Both the position numbers and the translations under genes were made by a program. DNA of 64,000 nt, from assembly GCA_002189035.1 (NCBI GenBank), contig NEEC01000008.1, positions 1,426,001 through 1,490,000 of the forward strand, in the 5' to 3' direction. Below the pieces are notes generated by a model. It had not been told where the DNA came from, did no database searches, and saw only the letters and a program-made list of their open reading frames with translations. Below, piece by piece: positions 62,215 through 64,000 of this stretch. Origin of the DNA: Utricularia gibba (taxonomy: Eukaryota > Plantae > Magnoliophyta). The first letter of the stretch is position 1; each line of letters starts with the position of its first letter.

Positions 62215-62819
62215 ATGGATTTCCTGACACCAGAAAACGAGGATCAGATGGAAATGATGCTGATGCAAATCGAAAAGCATCTCCCTGATTTCTCATCCCC
62301 TTCCAATAACAGCGGCAGCAGCAGCAACCCAATCATTGATTTCTCCAACCAGCCACCGAACCCGAATCTCCCTGTTTCCTCCTGCGAACCAGCAGGGGCA
62401 ACTCCGTTCCTGCAACGGGAGGGAGAGGGCAAGAGGGCGTCTCCAATGGCGGCTATGCGCGAAATGATATTCAGAATCGCTGCTATGCAGCCCATTCAAA
62501 TCGACCCTGAATCGGTCAAACCCCCAAGAGAAGAAACGTCAAGATCTCTAGTGACCCACAGAGTGTCGCCGCGCGACACCGTAGGGAGAGGATCAGTGAG
62601 AGGATTCGGATTCTTCAGCGACTCGTCCCTGGGGGGACTAAAATGGACACGGCATCCATGCTCGATGAGGCGATACATTACGTCAAGTTCTTGAAAAGTC
62701 AAGTGGAGTCTCTGGAACAGGTTTCGACGATCAATGGGACGCTGCCACCGCCGGAGTCTCACTTTCCGACGGGTACCTATTTTCCGGCGACCAACTTCGA
62801 GGACCCATCGAGCTCTTGA
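62215..62819 (+). CDS. HEC: HECATE-like bHLH (HEC1/HEC2 group), intronless, with a 1-bp frameshift at 62521-62525
   Basis: [24 protein letters not shown], then in the shifted frame [57 protein letters not shown]. Confidence 0.92.
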
Positions 62820-63763
62820 TTTCCAGTTGATTTTTGTATTTGCGAGGAGCAGAATGAATAACTATTAGTAGCTTAATGGCTTTGTTGATGAAGTTTAATG
62901 GGCGCAGTGTTCCCAGAATTCGGTATTGTTAACGATATTAGCATCTAATCTCAACCGTTAAATGCCTCCGGCGTCACCGACGGCTGGGGTGAGACCGCGA
63001 CGGCAAATCCACGTGACGGTCTGACAGGGTGGGCCCGGTTTGTGCCTTGGAGCTCCACGTATATGACCAACGCTGCTCCTGCCACGTGAAACAAGAGTGG
63101 AGTTGATTTCATATTATGTTTTAATTTGATGCATACATGATTAATTTATATAAAATAATATTTTTTTCAAAATATAAATTTATTTTATAAATATTTTTAT
63201 TTAAAAATATATATATTTATCATGTATTTATATACAATTTATAATTAGATTTATATGTAATTCAAAAAATTAAAATAACAAATAACAATATTTATTTTAA
63301 TATCATGGAAATCATTACATCATCTGATAATGAGTTTACATTTAATTATGGATAAATATTAAAATAAAAAGTATTTATATATTTAATTTATGGTATTAAA
63401 TATGAATGCTATAGAATTATTTAATATAAAGTATTAAACTAGCCCTTAGTTCATTAAATAGGATTGACTTGGTTTATTTTTGCCAGATGTCCGAATCTTT
63501 GGGTCGGGTCCAGATTCTGGTTGGGTTGATTGGGTCGGGTTCAGTTATATCCGGATGGTCCAACTTTACCAGAGAGTGTTTCTGGGTATTCCCGTTCAAG
63601 ATTTGATCTTCAAGCATCTGTATGGTTTAGCTTGCATGGTTCCATTTCTCAGAATATTTTATGAGATAGACTTGCACTCATGAACTCCGCGTTATTACAA
63701 ATCCAACTATTAATGTCGGATTGCGGATTATTGTCACCAAAACCAGCAGCAATTGTACAGTGG

Positions 63764-63964
63764 CTAAGAAGAGTGGCAGGTGAAGTATCGAGTAAAGAAT
63801 CCACCACGAAGTACTCTCTGAGGCCATGTTGCTAGATGTGAAGTTCGATGGGCCGCCTGGTTAGCCATCATAGAGCTCCTCATGTGCTCTGCCTTCCTCT
63901 GTGCACCTTTAAGTTTGTTCATTATCTTTTCCATGGATGATGACCTCTTCTTTTCCAGTTTCAT
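63764..63964 (-). CDS. Last exon of a remorin; the gene continues beyond the window
   Basis: Acceptor CTGCAG at 63965, then MKLEKKRSSSMEKIMNKLKGAQRKAEHMRSS...FTCHSS*, the remorin C-terminal domain. Confidence 0.88.
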   Translation of the reverse strand: MKLEKKRSSSMEKIMNKLKGAQRKAEHMRSSMMANQAAHRTSHLATWPQRVLRGGFFTRYFTCHSS

Positions 63965-64000
63965 CTGCAGGGAAGGAGGAAATGGTGTAGGGATGATTTG

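Noticed and set aside
63480-63560. GGGTCGGGT motifs suggesting a MITE or hAT remnant (similar texture at 26100-26300)
   Set aside because: No terminal inverted repeats or target-site duplication identified.

Overview
Eukaryotic plant nuclear DNA from a very compact eudicot genome. About 21 protein-coding genes (2 partial) lie in 64 kb, mostly with 65-110 bp introns and AT-rich spacers; a Lamiales/Lentibulariaceae-like source is an inference, not proven. Gene order: membrane protein (partial), HMA/HIPP-like, STY-type kinase, VQ protein, DRM1/ARP, E6-like, CC-type glutaredoxin, an intron-containing PDAP1-like pseudogene followed by a 91-bp tandem array, IPGA1/CHUP1-like, Ole e 1, DUF4228, BIN2-like GSK3, two tandem STICHEL-like AAA+ genes, OFP, SCP1-like phosphatase, AGAMOUS-like MADS, DEAR/RAP2.1-like ERF, an unidentified decayed spliced unit, CYCD3, SBP1 RING, HEC-like bHLH, remorin (partial). 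Three otherwise intact genes each lack exactly one base in a homopolymer run, most likely consensus errors. I found no tRNA, rRNA, CRISPR array or intact transposon, and no clearly new biological system. The best leads are the STICHEL-like duplication, the miniaturised AG regulatory intron, the pseudogene plus repeat, and several unexplained transcript-like islands. All homology calls and Arabidopsis locus IDs come from recalled family motifs, not from database searches.
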